Shown piece by piece: positions 37,020 to 46,200 of a DNA stretch of 64,000 bases; within the stretch, counting starts at the first letter, position 1, and the number at the start of each line of letters is the position of its first letter. The translations under genes and the position numbers were made by a program. The stretch is taken from sequence record NC_048747.1; one strand, given 5' to 3'. A model generated the notes under the pieces. It was not told the DNA's origin, ran no database searches, and saw only the letters and a list, made by a program, of their open reading frames with translations.

Positions 37020-38348
37020 ATGCCTGTTAATTTCTTATCGTTCGGAAGTATTCCGGAACTCCATGATCGACACCCTTTGGTGACGTCCCCGATTGGTGAA
37101 CTCACCTCTCAGGAAATGACCTTTAGTAAAGACCCGAACTTTTACCCAAGTAAAGATGGGGTTACTAGTCTGGTCAACTTCTATTCCAAAAACCAACTAG
37201 GCGAAGAAGTCTATTTAGACGAAGCCTTAATTGATCGTCAAAACGAAATTACCGCGTGGTTATTAGACCAAGGTAAGAAAGGCAACTTGAACCAAAACGC
37301 CCAAGAGTGCCTGCAACAGCTCCGAGCCACGTTCACAAAAGATATTGAAATTGTTAGCGTCGGTGAGATGGTAACGAATAGCGCTATTTACCTACCGTCT
37401 TTTGTAGAGATGACTTTCCCTACTACGGATCCAGTAACGGCTCGAGTATGGTACGCAACCGGTCACTTTGAATCCGGCTACCCATATCGTGAGGTCCTGG
37501 TAGCATTACCTCTACCCCCTGAAGAGATGGACTTCTTATTGGTTCACAACCATCTAGAAATAGAAGAACGTTTGCAACAAGAAACTGCCGATCGCATTCA
37601 GGGACGCGTTAACGAACTGACCGCAGATCAGAAATACCCGTATACTGCACGTAAGCCAGTGAAGTTTGAGTTCTTGGACACCACGAATGGTGTTACCGTC
37701 CCTCTCTTCTTCACCGTCATCATTTATGGCAATGCCACTGACGCTGATGAGCAAATATACGAAGTCATTAAAGACACCATCCTAGCGAACTCGGATAGCG
37801 GCGAAACGACTTGGGAACCTCACTTACCTGATTTGTTCAATCCACTAGAGTTTACTTGCGTTCCATATTGGAACACGGTCGGTGTAACGAACGAGACTAA
37901 GAGAGCGTCGACGTACTCCCCTATTGGTGATTACGAAACTATGCTCGCCTTACCTACCAAGTATTGTCCTTCTGTTAATAACGAGGACCTCATAAAATCC
38001 TTGCAAACTGTACCGTTCATGTATAATAACACTTTAGTGGCGTTTGTAGCTAAGCCAAACAACTACGGTGAGAAAATTAAGATCAAGCAAGTCGTCCCAG
38101 ATTATCAGATCTTAAGTACAATTGACGTGGACAACGGGCGTGTTGAACCAGACACCTACCACTTCGTAAAACAAATGGAAAGCCTTTTGTCTGCGGCGGA
38201 AGTAGTGCGTCCTGACGGCATCCCTCCAGCGGGGATTAAACGTTTGGAACGTCATGGTTTGTTGTATGTCACTAAACGTATCGGCAAAGTAAACTACTTG
38301 TGCCCTACCATGTGGCAAATGAAACAAGATGGGGTAATTAATGAATAA
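37020..38348 (+). CDS. Putative virion structural protein
   Basis: 442 aa; PDLFNPLEF..VPYW pattern recalled from phiKZ-like virion proteins. Confidence 0.5.
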   Translation: MPVNFLSFGSIPELHDRHPLVTSPIGELTSQEMTFSKDPNFYPSKDGVTSLVNFYSKNQLGEEVYLDEALIDRQNEITAWLLDQGKKGNLNQNAQECLQQLRATFTKDIEIVSVGEMVTNSAIYLPSFVEMTFPTTDPVTARVWYATGHFESGYPYREVLVALPLPPEEMDFLLVHNHLEIEERLQQETADRIQGRVNELTADQKYPYTARKPVKFEFLDTTNGVTVPLFFTVIIYGNATDADEQIYEVIKDTILANSDSGETTWEPHLPDLFNPLEFTCVPYWNTVGVTNETKRASTYSPIGDYETMLALPTKYCPSVNNEDLIKSLQTVPFMYNNTLVAFVAKPNNYGEKIKIKQVVPDYQILSTIDVDNGRVEPDTYHFVKQMESLLSAAEVVRPDGIPPAGIKRLERHGLLYVTKRIGKVNYLCPTMWQMKQDGVINE

Positions 38349-38976
38349 CGTCATCCCACAAATTGGAGCTAGTGGGTCTTTCGTTGCTTTAGAACCTTTT
38401 GATCAAATATGTGATCCCAAATACATGTATACGGTGGAAGCGATTCGTACCGTAGACGAACTGAACATTGCTAAGGTTAATACTCACTTGTTGGTGGGTG
38501 AACCCGTAGGAATGACTTCAGAAGAATCCGCATCGTTAATGGATCAACTCGATCAAGCCGATGGTGCTGTAGTTACACTGATTGCTCCCGGACTCCCAAC
38601 TTTACACATCCCTTCTATCTACTTTAAATCATTCCCTCTTATCGATGGCGTCATCTATGAGCGACTTTGTTTTATTGTAGATCTGGGTGCTGTACCTCCT
38701 ACCCTAAAAGACGAACTAAAGACTTTCCAGACCTTCTTGAAAGATCAAACGTCTGCCATTACTGGTATCGAGGAACCTGAAGTTCACTTAGGAACCGTCC
38801 CTACTAAGACTTACGTTTCTAAAGAACAAAACGAAGTATTTGAAAACACTCGACGAGCGGCTATTACTAAGAACCCCTCTGATGCTATTCGTGTTAAGCA
38901 ATTAGAGGCGGAACAAATTGCTGACCGTAAATACATCGCAGTGTTAGAAGAACAACTCCGTAATCTTCAGAGTTAA
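38341..38976 (+). CDS. Putative virion structural protein
   Basis: 211 aa, coupled to the upstream gene. Confidence 0.45.
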   Translation: MNNVIPQIGASGSFVALEPFDQICDPKYMYTVEAIRTVDELNIAKVNTHLLVGEPVGMTSEESASLMDQLDQADGAVVTLIAPGLPTLHIPSIYFKSFPLIDGVIYERLCFIVDLGAVPPTLKDELKTFQTFLKDQTSAITGIEEPEVHLGTVPTKTYVSKEQNEVFENTRRAAITKNPSDAIRVKQLEAEQIADRKYIAVLEEQLRNLQS

Positions 38977-38977
38977 G

Positions 38978-39031
38978 AAAAAAAAAAACAGGTATAATAG
39001 TACCCTCCTCCCATTACGGGAGGAGGGTACT
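38978..39031 (-). terminator. Hairpin terminator at a convergent junction
   Basis: AGTACCCTCCTCCC-attac-GGGAGGAGGGTACT 14-bp stem; T11 tract 10 nt downstream on the minus strand. Confidence 0.7.
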
Positions 39032-39039
39032 TACCTTTA

Positions 39040-39369
39040 TTATTCACCGGATGCCGGTTTTACTTCATAACCGTGAGCTGCCAGTGTGTCTAGCATCTCT
39101 TGGTATTGCGGGACAAACACGATGATGCGATTGCGGTCTAGCGTCTCCAACTTACGAATGTGAGATAACAACACCTCACCACTCAACTGTCGTAAGACGA
39201 TGACCGGAACATGATGATCAAACGTATCCCCAAAGAAATGACTTTCTTCAGAATGTGTGTCGTATTCAATCTGACAATAAACATAGTGTCGATTATCAAG
39301 ATCTCTTACGGCACGATAGTCTTCAGGATTCAGTTCATCGTAAGCCCATAGATTTAACTCAATAGACAT
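39040..39369 (-). CDS. Hypothetical protein
   Basis: 109-aa ORF. Confidence 0.55.
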   Translation of the reverse strand: MSIELNLWAYDELNPEDYRAVRDLDNRHYVYCQIEYDTHSEESHFFGDTFDHHVPVIVLRQLSGEVLLSHIRKLETLDRNRIIVFVPQYQEMLDTLAAHGYEVKPASGE

Positions 39370-39976
39370 AGTGAACCATACCTTTTTCGGTCATTAATTT
39401 AGAAAGCCCGTTACCACACTGGAGATAGACGCTAGCTTTCTTCACTCGAGTCGAGATAAGTTTAAGTACGTTCATCAACTCTTCAATGGTGTTGATAGGT
39501 TCGATACTAACTAACACCGCATCCACCGTGTCGTTTTCCGGTTCCGACTGCTGGTACGTTAAACGCCCGTTATCCATAAACACGGTTCCGACTCTGATGT
39601 GTTCTTGGAACTCTAACTCGTCCACATCGTCAACTCGATACAGACTTAAGTTTTTAATGTCTTTAAACACCGGGCAAGGGATCAAGTTAACGTAGTAATT
39701 ATGTTTACGTAGGTGAACGACAACCTCCGGAGAGAAATTCCCGTAAACTTCAGCTCGGCGAAAGTCACGATCGATTTCCGTTAATTGAATCAACGCTTCT
39801 TTAGGGTCATTACAGACTAGGTCACTTAAATGGAAGAACGGTCTACCTTTACCCGCCACCATGGTGATGGTAAGGAAGGTCTCTCCTTCTTCTTCATGAC
39901 GCATTACCATACCTCGACGGTAACCATCGCAAACCTTAGGTAGGTCGTTAGTACTATCAATCTTTTTAATTAACAC
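39359..39976 (-). CDS. Hypothetical protein, two similar halves
   Basis: 205-aa ORF with GGAG RBS. Confidence 0.55.
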   Translation of the reverse strand: MLIKKIDSTNDLPKVCDGYRRGMVMRHEEEGETFLTITMVAGKGRPFFHLSDLVCNDPKEALIQLTEIDRDFRRAEVYGNFSPEVVVHLRKHNYYVNLIPCPVFKDIKNLSLYRVDDVDELEFQEHIRVGTVFMDNGRLTYQQSEPENDTVDAVLVSIEPINTIEELMNVLKLISTRVKKASVYLQCGNGLSKLMTEKGMVHYVY

Positions 39977-39987
39977 GCGGGACTCCT

Positions 39988-40662
39988 TTAATTAGTGTAA
40001 AGTGTTAATGTTCTCGGGAATAAACTGGTGAGGCGATGGGCATCGACTTCCAGGTCGTACTTAAGCTGACCCAGTTCGGATAAGTGAGTACGAAGGTCTT
40101 TCGCACTTTCCATTGGAATCACTTCATCTAAATTGCGGTAATGAACTGAGAGCATGCGACACAAAGTCTCAAAGCCTTTATCAAACTCTTCGACCTTAAG
40201 GTTAACCAATCCCGTCTTTTTAGTTAAACTCACACCCAGCGTATTTTCTTCAGCATCTGGTAAGAAGTCCAGCTCATGAAGCTTAACCGGTAAAGAATAG
40301 ATGTTAATAGACTCCAACCATTTCCAAAGTATCCAGTGGAACGTTTTGATCTGTGCTTGGAGTGAATGATCTTGGATCGCTTCTTCGGCTATGGAGAATT
40401 TAGCTTCGGCACGATTCCCGTAGTTACCTCGCTGCCAAATGACGATATCATAATCACCGAGCTCCAATCCCTTAGTGTCAAGGAACGACACGTACCCATC
40501 ATCAACTCGATAGTTAGCAATGTAAACCGCTCGGGTAGTCCCAGTGTTCAAGTTAGTTAGGTCCGCGTTTAAGGTAACGTTAGGGCGGTGTTTAAAGTGA
40601 GTGGTTTCGATACGAATGTAATCCCCGAGCAACACCCGGGGTTTATTAATCTTTATTAACAT
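39988..40662 (-). CDS. Hypothetical protein, N-terminal beta-rich domain
   Basis: 224 aa; coupled (TAATG) to the upstream gene. Confidence 0.55.
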   Translation of the reverse strand: MLIKINKPRVLLGDYIRIETTHFKHRPNVTLNADLTNLNTGTTRAVYIANYRVDDGYVSFLDTKGLELGDYDIVIWQRGNYGNRAEAKFSIAEEAIQDHSLQAQIKTFHWILWKWLESINIYSLPVKLHELDFLPDAEENTLGVSLTKKTGLVNLKVEEFDKGFETLCRMLSVHYRNLDEVIPMESAKDLRTHLSELGQLKYDLEVDAHRLTSLFPRTLTLYTN

Positions 40663-41441
40663 TACTTCACCTTTCTAGCCATGTTGGTGATAACACGAAT
40701 CCCTGTAGGTAAGTTAGCGATAGGGTTGTGTGCACTCGCTAGCGCCATAAGGAACGTGTAGTGGTACATCAGGTCGTTACCTAGAGGTTCTTCGATAACC
40801 GCTTTACGGAAGCTAGGATGAACCACCCACGCTTTCACAGGAGAATCTAACAGAGGTAATAGAGACGCACCAATAGCTACGTGTTCAGAAGACTTTATTT
40901 CGATGGCAGTGATGTTCTCGATGTCGTTCGATGGACAGTACGTAAAGTCGTAAGCCTTACGCTCGACGTCCCAATAAAGTTCAAAGAACCACGGGCCGAC
41001 TTCCCAAGCAAACAGTTTATAACGTTCACTAGGGTGTTCAGCACCACGATCTAAACGAAGTGCCATTAATGCTAAGGCTTGGAAGAATGTAGCAAAGAAA
41101 TCCATACCACGAGTCTTCAAGTTCATGTCAGAGATCTCAGTACTCAATCGCGTTTCAACACGCAACCACGCTTCATGGGATTCGAACAACACCTCATGGT
41201 TTCGGTAAATCACCACTTTGATACGATAGTCTTCATTTTTAAGATTGAGTTCTTCAGGGATCGTGTAAGTCACTTCGTCAATATTAAACCCTGCTGCCAC
41301 TACTTCGTCATTAAGGAACAAAGTGGCGTGCAGTTCGTGACGATCTTCCAAAGGTCCTAGGTCACGCCAAGAAGGGTGAACCGTGATGCTTTCACTAGCG
41401 TGGTGAATTTGTTTGTTCAATTCAATATTAAATTTTTTCAT
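40662..41441 (-). CDS. Hypothetical protein, N-terminal beta-rich domain
   Basis: 259-aa ORF. Confidence 0.55.
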   Translation of the reverse strand: MKKFNIELNKQIHHASESITVHPSWRDLGPLEDRHELHATLFLNDEVVAAGFNIDEVTYTIPEELNLKNEDYRIKVVIYRNHEVLFESHEAWLRVETRLSTEISDMNLKTRGMDFFATFFQALALMALRLDRGAEHPSERYKLFAWEVGPWFFELYWDVERKAYDFTYCPSNDIENITAIEIKSSEHVAIGASLLPLLDSPVKAWVVHPSFRKAVIEEPLGNDLMYHYTFLMALASAHNPIANLPTGIRVITNMARKVK

Positions 41442-41446
41442 GTCGA

Positions 41447-41959
41447 TTACTCGTTATCTAAAAGTGGTGTGGTTAGGGAGATGTAAAGTTCTTGTAAAGA
41501 TTCTTTGAAACGGTGTTTGCCACCTAATAAGTAAATCTCACCTAAAGTGAAGTTTTCTAAGATGTCGTTACCAGACTCAGCAATGCGCGTTAAAGTATCT
41601 GGGTAACGGAACGCTAAGATGTGGAGTAAATTGCACCACAGTGTCTCTAGGGTGACGTTAGGGTCGGAGATATCCAGAGAAATAGTATTTATGTGATTAC
41701 CCTGACCTTCATCACGAATGGTGATCAAAGCGATCTCTTTATCCAGTTCGGCATGGAACCAGTAATCCAGAGTGATGTCGAACACACTGAATCGGTAAGA
41801 AGCTGGATCAAAACAATTAACCAGCTCTTTGCAGAAACGATTGTCCTTGTATTCTCGGGACAACTCTTTCATCGACGACTCTTGATCACGCAGACGTTTT
41901 AATGCTCCGTATAAAGTTAAGAACAAACCAATAGCTGGTTTAATGTCAGGTTGTTGCAT
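41447..41959 (-). CDS. Hypothetical protein
   Basis: 170-aa ORF. Confidence 0.55.
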   Translation of the reverse strand: MQQPDIKPAIGLFLTLYGALKRLRDQESSMKELSREYKDNRFCKELVNCFDPASYRFSVFDITLDYWFHAELDKEIALITIRDEGQGNHINTISLDISDPNVTLETLWCNLLHILAFRYPDTLTRIAESGNDILENFTLGEIYLLGGKHRFKESLQELYISLTTPLLDNE

Positions 41960-42061
41960 GGTATTAACCCTTAATAAAAGTTGGAGGTCCTATCAATGGA
42001 CCCCCGGATTACAATTTACATGTGTGTCTTTCTAGAAGAATTGAGGAACTCCCAAACGAGT

Positions 42062-42313
42062 TCATTGAACCCCCACTTCCCACTCACCTTTCTCCCCTCG
42101 TTTAAACGTTAGACCGTAGGCGTCGTGCAACCAACGACTATCAACGTTTTCGTAAGAACGGAGGTGTTTAAGCATGGCTTCCCCAAAAGGTTTAGAGTAG
42201 TGTTCCATTAACGTTGGATATCTTTCGTGTTTAGATGGTTCCGGGTTTGTTGCAAACCAACCATCCAACCAACGTTTGAAACTCACCATATCGAAGTAAG
42301 GCTTATGAAACAT
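42062..42313 (-). CDS. Hypothetical protein, paralogue of the C-terminal domain of 42303-43394
   Basis: Shared KHL..WL...Y.L.F....G.WE pattern. Confidence 0.55.
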   Translation of the reverse strand: MFHKPYFDMVSFKRWLDGWFATNPEPSKHERYPTLMEHYSKPFGEAMLKHLRSYENVDSRWLHDAYGLTFKRGEKGEWEVGVQ

Positions 42314-43394
42314 GTTCCAGTAACTCCTTCACGTTCTGGTTACCTTCGTACTCCCATTTTCCTTCACGAAGGTGGAACGATAAGTAATAGTCACGCTCTA
42401 ACCACTCTGGTTCGATGTCGAACGTTTTCAAGTGTTTAACGAAGTTAGACGAGAACAGATTTAAGAACAAGCGACGATCGATGGTTTGCCCGAACCCTTC
42501 TTCGAATCGACCTTCTAACTCACCCACGAAATTCAGGTATTCTAAGATAGAAAACTTAGGACTGGTCTGTGTGATCGCTTCGTCGATAAACTTATCGAGA
42601 TCTTCTTTTGTTTCAATCTCAGATGGAACTTGCGCGGTAACCACCATTCGAACTTCTTTGGTGTGTTCGTCAATGTTCTTAAAGACAAAGTCTTCCATTA
42701 ACTTGACACGAGTCCCGAAAGCCTTTGAGTGTTTATTGAAAGTAACCGGACCCATGAAACGTTCGAATAAACGACAAGAATCCACAAGCTCTCTTAAATC
42801 CCCATCCCCTTTAATACGCATAAACAGTTCTTGGAATGTCGGCGCACTGATTGCCAACTCAATTTCATCCAGTTCTTGATATAACGTCAACATCCAACGT
42901 CCTACCACCGAACGGATTTCTAAACGTTTGCCAGCAATATAAGAATCAAACAGTGTGACGTCTTCACCACCCCAGTAGTTCAGGCCGGACGTGATTACTT
43001 CAAAACGATCCAACACTAATTGTGCATTAGTTTTCAAGTTTGCCTTCATATCGAAGCTGTTCGAATGATGAACCATGAGATCTTTGACCTCGGCTACTGA
43101 CTCATCGTTGTCATCCAGCACATGAACGTTCACTTCGTAAGTATGGCCGTTAGGTAAACTACGGTTTGGAATAATCACCGTAGTGATATCGGATTCCAAC
43201 AATTCATGATAAACCGTCGTACCACGGTCTAACACAGAAAGATCTTGGTCGTGTTCTTCCAGTTCATTAATGGTGGTGGTGAGGTAAACCAATAACGTTT
43301 TACCAAACAAGTCTTGATCCGCATAAACGTAAATGGTGTTATCCATTGTTGTTGGGTGTGTGCGGTGGGCTAATTCTGCATGCAGCTTTTTCAT
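42303..43394 (-). CDS. Hypothetical multidomain protein
   Basis: 363 aa with AAGGA RBS. Confidence 0.6.
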   Translation of the reverse strand: MKKLHAELAHRTHPTTMDNTIYVYADQDLFGKTLLVYLTTTINELEEHDQDLSVLDRGTTVYHELLESDITTVIIPNRSLPNGHTYEVNVHVLDDNDESVAEVKDLMVHHSNSFDMKANLKTNAQLVLDRFEVITSGLNYWGGEDVTLFDSYIAGKRLEIRSVVGRWMLTLYQELDEIELAISAPTFQELFMRIKGDGDLRELVDSCRLFERFMGPVTFNKHSKAFGTRVKLMEDFVFKNIDEHTKEVRMVVTAQVPSEIETKEDLDKFIDEAITQTSPKFSILEYLNFVGELEGRFEEGFGQTIDRRLFLNLFSSNFVKHLKTFDIEPEWLERDYYLSFHLREGKWEYEGNQNVKELLEHVS

Positions 43395-43443
43395 TGGAAT
43401 GATCCTTATAAGAAATGAGGGGTGTTTCCACCCCTTTGTAAGT

Positions 43444-44964
43444 TTAGATAATTTCGTTTACAGCGTTGTAAATCCAACCGTCGTTTAGGTTACCGGTTGT
43501 GCTAAGTTTAACGATGATACAATCAAGTAGATGTGTGTCAGGGTATTCCGCGTCGTTGACTTTAACTAGGACCGTGGCATATTTTGGATCCATGAGTTTG
43601 TAATGCTCAAACCTTGCTTTATCTTCCTCAGAAAGCTCTGAGAACGGTTTTAGTTCAACACCGCATAGTTTATGCATGAAGTCGATAAACGCCGGTGTAG
43701 AGTCTTTACGGGACTCAAATGAGTAAGTACGTTTATCACTAACATGAATTAAGGTCTGATGACGACGAGCGGTTTCTAACTCGACTCCATTGGATAGTGC
43801 AAACCCCTCAACAAAGTTAATGAGGTGGCGTTCCACGTGATTGCAGTTTTCAGTGGTTGCCGACAACAACCCCGTTTCTTTAGAAACGAACTCTCGGGTT
43901 TGTTTGCTCAACTTCCCTAAAACCGAATCCTCCAATGGTTCCTTAGAATGAATAAACAAATCGCGACTGATTTGTTCACCTGACATGTCTTTGATTCGGA
44001 TGGACGCCACATGCACTGGAACAAACCCGTAAGCAGGACGATTGTTTCGAACAGCTCTGAGATTCTCCCAACGAACATGACCGGTAGTAGGTGGAATGAG
44101 TACACCATCCATCATTTCGTTTAAATCATTAACAACACTCGGTGTGAATTCTTCCGGAGATTCAATGTTAATGTCTTTTACTTTACTACCGCTAACATTA
44201 CCCAGTTTCACACCATCACTGGTGACCACTAATCGACGTCCCTTATAACTCAAAGACAACATAAGTTCTTTAGTGTCATCGAGACTAATAGGAGTGTGCA
44301 TATGCACCGGCAATAGTTTGTCAAAATGACCCCAACTGATTTGTACCTTTCGGTAATTGTTAAAGAACGGTAATAGTCCGCGCTCCACTAAGGTTTCACG
44401 TAACTGCATGGCACGAGCCAAGACACCGGAAGCTGCATTAGTGAATAACTTCTGATCTTCATCACGGTCGCCATACACGTCATTAAGTAATGCCAAGACT
44501 TGTCGATTTAACTCATCATTTAACAACGCGTTTGGTCTTAAGATGGTTTTCATGATATTGAATTCACTTAATCCCTTAAACGTATAAGTCCACTCTAAGG
44601 TCTTATAGTTCATCCGTGCGTTAGCCCAATCTAAGTCGATAATAAGACCGTCAGATAACGTGACGCATTTCTTTAACTCTGGATCCACTTTCTCTAATAA
44701 AGCTTCCCAACCCTCTTTATCACTAGGGATGAACTCACCTCCCCAAGAATCCGCTTCACGAACCAATCGGTACTTAGGGTCTGGTTTAACGTCATCAGAA
44801 CCCGCATAGCCAAAATCGTTCACTCGGTACTTCTCGGGGAGTAAGGCGTCGGCAATGATGCCGTGTAATACCTCACGGCTACCGCTACGGATTTGAAGCT
44901 TGCGTTCTTGCATTTCTAAAGAAGTTGCTAAAACGTCTAATGCAGCTAAAATACTTTTGTTCAT
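43444..44964 (-). CDS. Hypothetical protein
   Basis: 506-aa ORF, no recognised motif. Confidence 0.6.
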   Translation of the reverse strand: MNKSILAALDVLATSLEMQERKLQIRSGSREVLHGIIADALLPEKYRVNDFGYAGSDDVKPDPKYRLVREADSWGGEFIPSDKEGWEALLEKVDPELKKCVTLSDGLIIDLDWANARMNYKTLEWTYTFKGLSEFNIMKTILRPNALLNDELNRQVLALLNDVYGDRDEDQKLFTNAASGVLARAMQLRETLVERGLLPFFNNYRKVQISWGHFDKLLPVHMHTPISLDDTKELMLSLSYKGRRLVVTSDGVKLGNVSGSKVKDINIESPEEFTPSVVNDLNEMMDGVLIPPTTGHVRWENLRAVRNNRPAYGFVPVHVASIRIKDMSGEQISRDLFIHSKEPLEDSVLGKLSKQTREFVSKETGLLSATTENCNHVERHLINFVEGFALSNGVELETARRHQTLIHVSDKRTYSFESRKDSTPAFIDFMHKLCGVELKPFSELSEEDKARFEHYKLMDPKYATVLVKVNDAEYPDTHLLDCIIVKLSTTGNLNDGWIYNAVNEII

Positions 44965-44974
44965 CTTAATTCCC

Positions 44975-45730
44975 TTATTTTTCGTGACGGGTTACAGTTA
45001 GGAGGGTGTTGGTTAATACTTCTTTGTATTGCTCATCATCGGCTAAGCGAAGTAAGGTCTTAGTGCCTGATGGTTTAGATAAATCAATTAATGCTTTCAT
45101 CACCGCAGGTTCAGCAACAGAGTCTAAGATTTTGTCGCGAGTTACCTGCCAGCCCATTAAGCGGAAGTTAGTTTCGTACTGCGCACCATCCAAGTCCGTA
45201 CAGTACATAGTTAAAATCGGCATTCCGCCATATCGAGTGTTGCGTACAAAGAACGTGTAATCTAACTCAGGCGTAGCAAACTCTAAAAACTTAATACCGA
45301 CCCGACTCTCTTCCATAGAGGGATCTTCTTTATTGAAATTCACTCTGGCATTGAACGCCATGTGGGTGATGATGTCTAGGTTACGTTTCAACGCCTTTAA
45401 GTTCTCTCCCATCGAAATGATGTTTTTCGATGCAAAGACACGTTCTGGAACTACATCGTATTCGTAACCTTTAAGTTCGATATATTGTCTGTCTTCATGC
45501 ACTAATATTTTTAATGTGAAATGTGTGAGGTCAAAGTGTTCTAGATCAATGCCAACTCGGTGTTCTGAACGATCACTCTTAATCCAGTTACGATGAACTT
45601 CGTCGTCGTTTATAAGTAAGGACACTTCTTTACCTTTACAACCGATGACAGTGAAAGTGATGCCGAACTTACCTTTCTCTGGAACATAGCGACCTGAGGT
45701 GATTACGTTTTTAATGTGTTTATTGGACAT
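44975..45730 (-). CDS. Hypothetical protein, N-terminal beta-rich domain
   Basis: 251 aa with AAGGA RBS downstream of a promoter motif. Confidence 0.6.
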   Translation of the reverse strand: MSNKHIKNVITSGRYVPEKGKFGITFTVIGCKGKEVSLLINDDEVHRNWIKSDRSEHRVGIDLEHFDLTHFTLKILVHEDRQYIELKGYEYDVVPERVFASKNIISMGENLKALKRNLDIITHMAFNARVNFNKEDPSMEESRVGIKFLEFATPELDYTFFVRNTRYGGMPILTMYCTDLDGAQYETNFRLMGWQVTRDKILDSVAEPAVMKALIDLSKPSGTKTLLRLADDEQYKEVLTNTLLTVTRHEK

Positions 45731-45785
45731 GATGTTTATCCTTTTAAGTTAATGAAATAAATAGTGTATGGATTCACACACCATA

Positions 45786-45809
45786 GTAATATAGATCTGT
45801 TAAAATTTA
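45786..45809 (-). promoter_or_regulatory. Putative early-type promoter
   Basis: Minus strand TAAATTTTAACAGATCTATATTAC directly after a hairpin terminator. Confidence 0.6.
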
Positions 45810-45810
45810 C

Positions 45811-45854
45811 AGAAAGCAAATAACTCCCTACTCCCGTTAAGGAGTAGGGAGTTA
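45811..45854 (-). terminator. CTACTCC-family hairpin terminator
   Basis: TAACTCCCTACTCC-cgttaa-GGAGTAGGGAGTTA 14-bp stem. Confidence 0.65.
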
Positions 45855-45862
45855 ATAAGGGT

Positions 45863-46150
45863 TTACTTAGTCACACGGACTTTGATATCACCTGTGTGTT
45901 CTTGACCTGCTTCTGTGTTCTCTTCTAGGAAGTAGGACACCGTATGAGCACCAACACTCAAGCCTTTAGAATCAAGCTCAGCTTTGAAGTAACCTTGTTG
46001 GTCTGTGTAGATTTGCTCTACTACTTTACCGTCCAAAGACAAAGTCACTAAATGTGGTTGTGCTAGACCATCGAACTTACCGTTAACCTGAATAGCTTGA
46101 CCGCGACCAACTTTACCTGAAGCTACCGCATGATTAATAATCGCTGACAT
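45863..46150 (-). CDS. Stand-alone Ig-like (beta-sandwich) small protein
   Basis: 95 aa of alternating beta strands; VTLSLDG..IYTDQQGYF..L...G.HTV resembles bacterial Ig-like domains. Confidence 0.5.
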   Translation of the reverse strand: MSAIINHAVASGKVGRGQAIQVNGKFDGLAQPHLVTLSLDGKVVEQIYTDQQGYFKAELDSKGLSVGAHTVSYFLEENTEAGQEHTGDIKVRVTK

Positions 46151-46200
46151 GATTGTCTCCTGTAATTAAATGATAAGGGGGCTGGGTCCCCATAACATTA

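Noticed and set aside
38978-38988. A11 run as a slippage or phase-variation site
   Set aside because: Intergenic; it is the T-tract of the minus-strand terminator
43444-44964. NCNHVERH as a deaminase HxE motif
   Set aside because: No downstream PCxxC or equivalent zinc ligands
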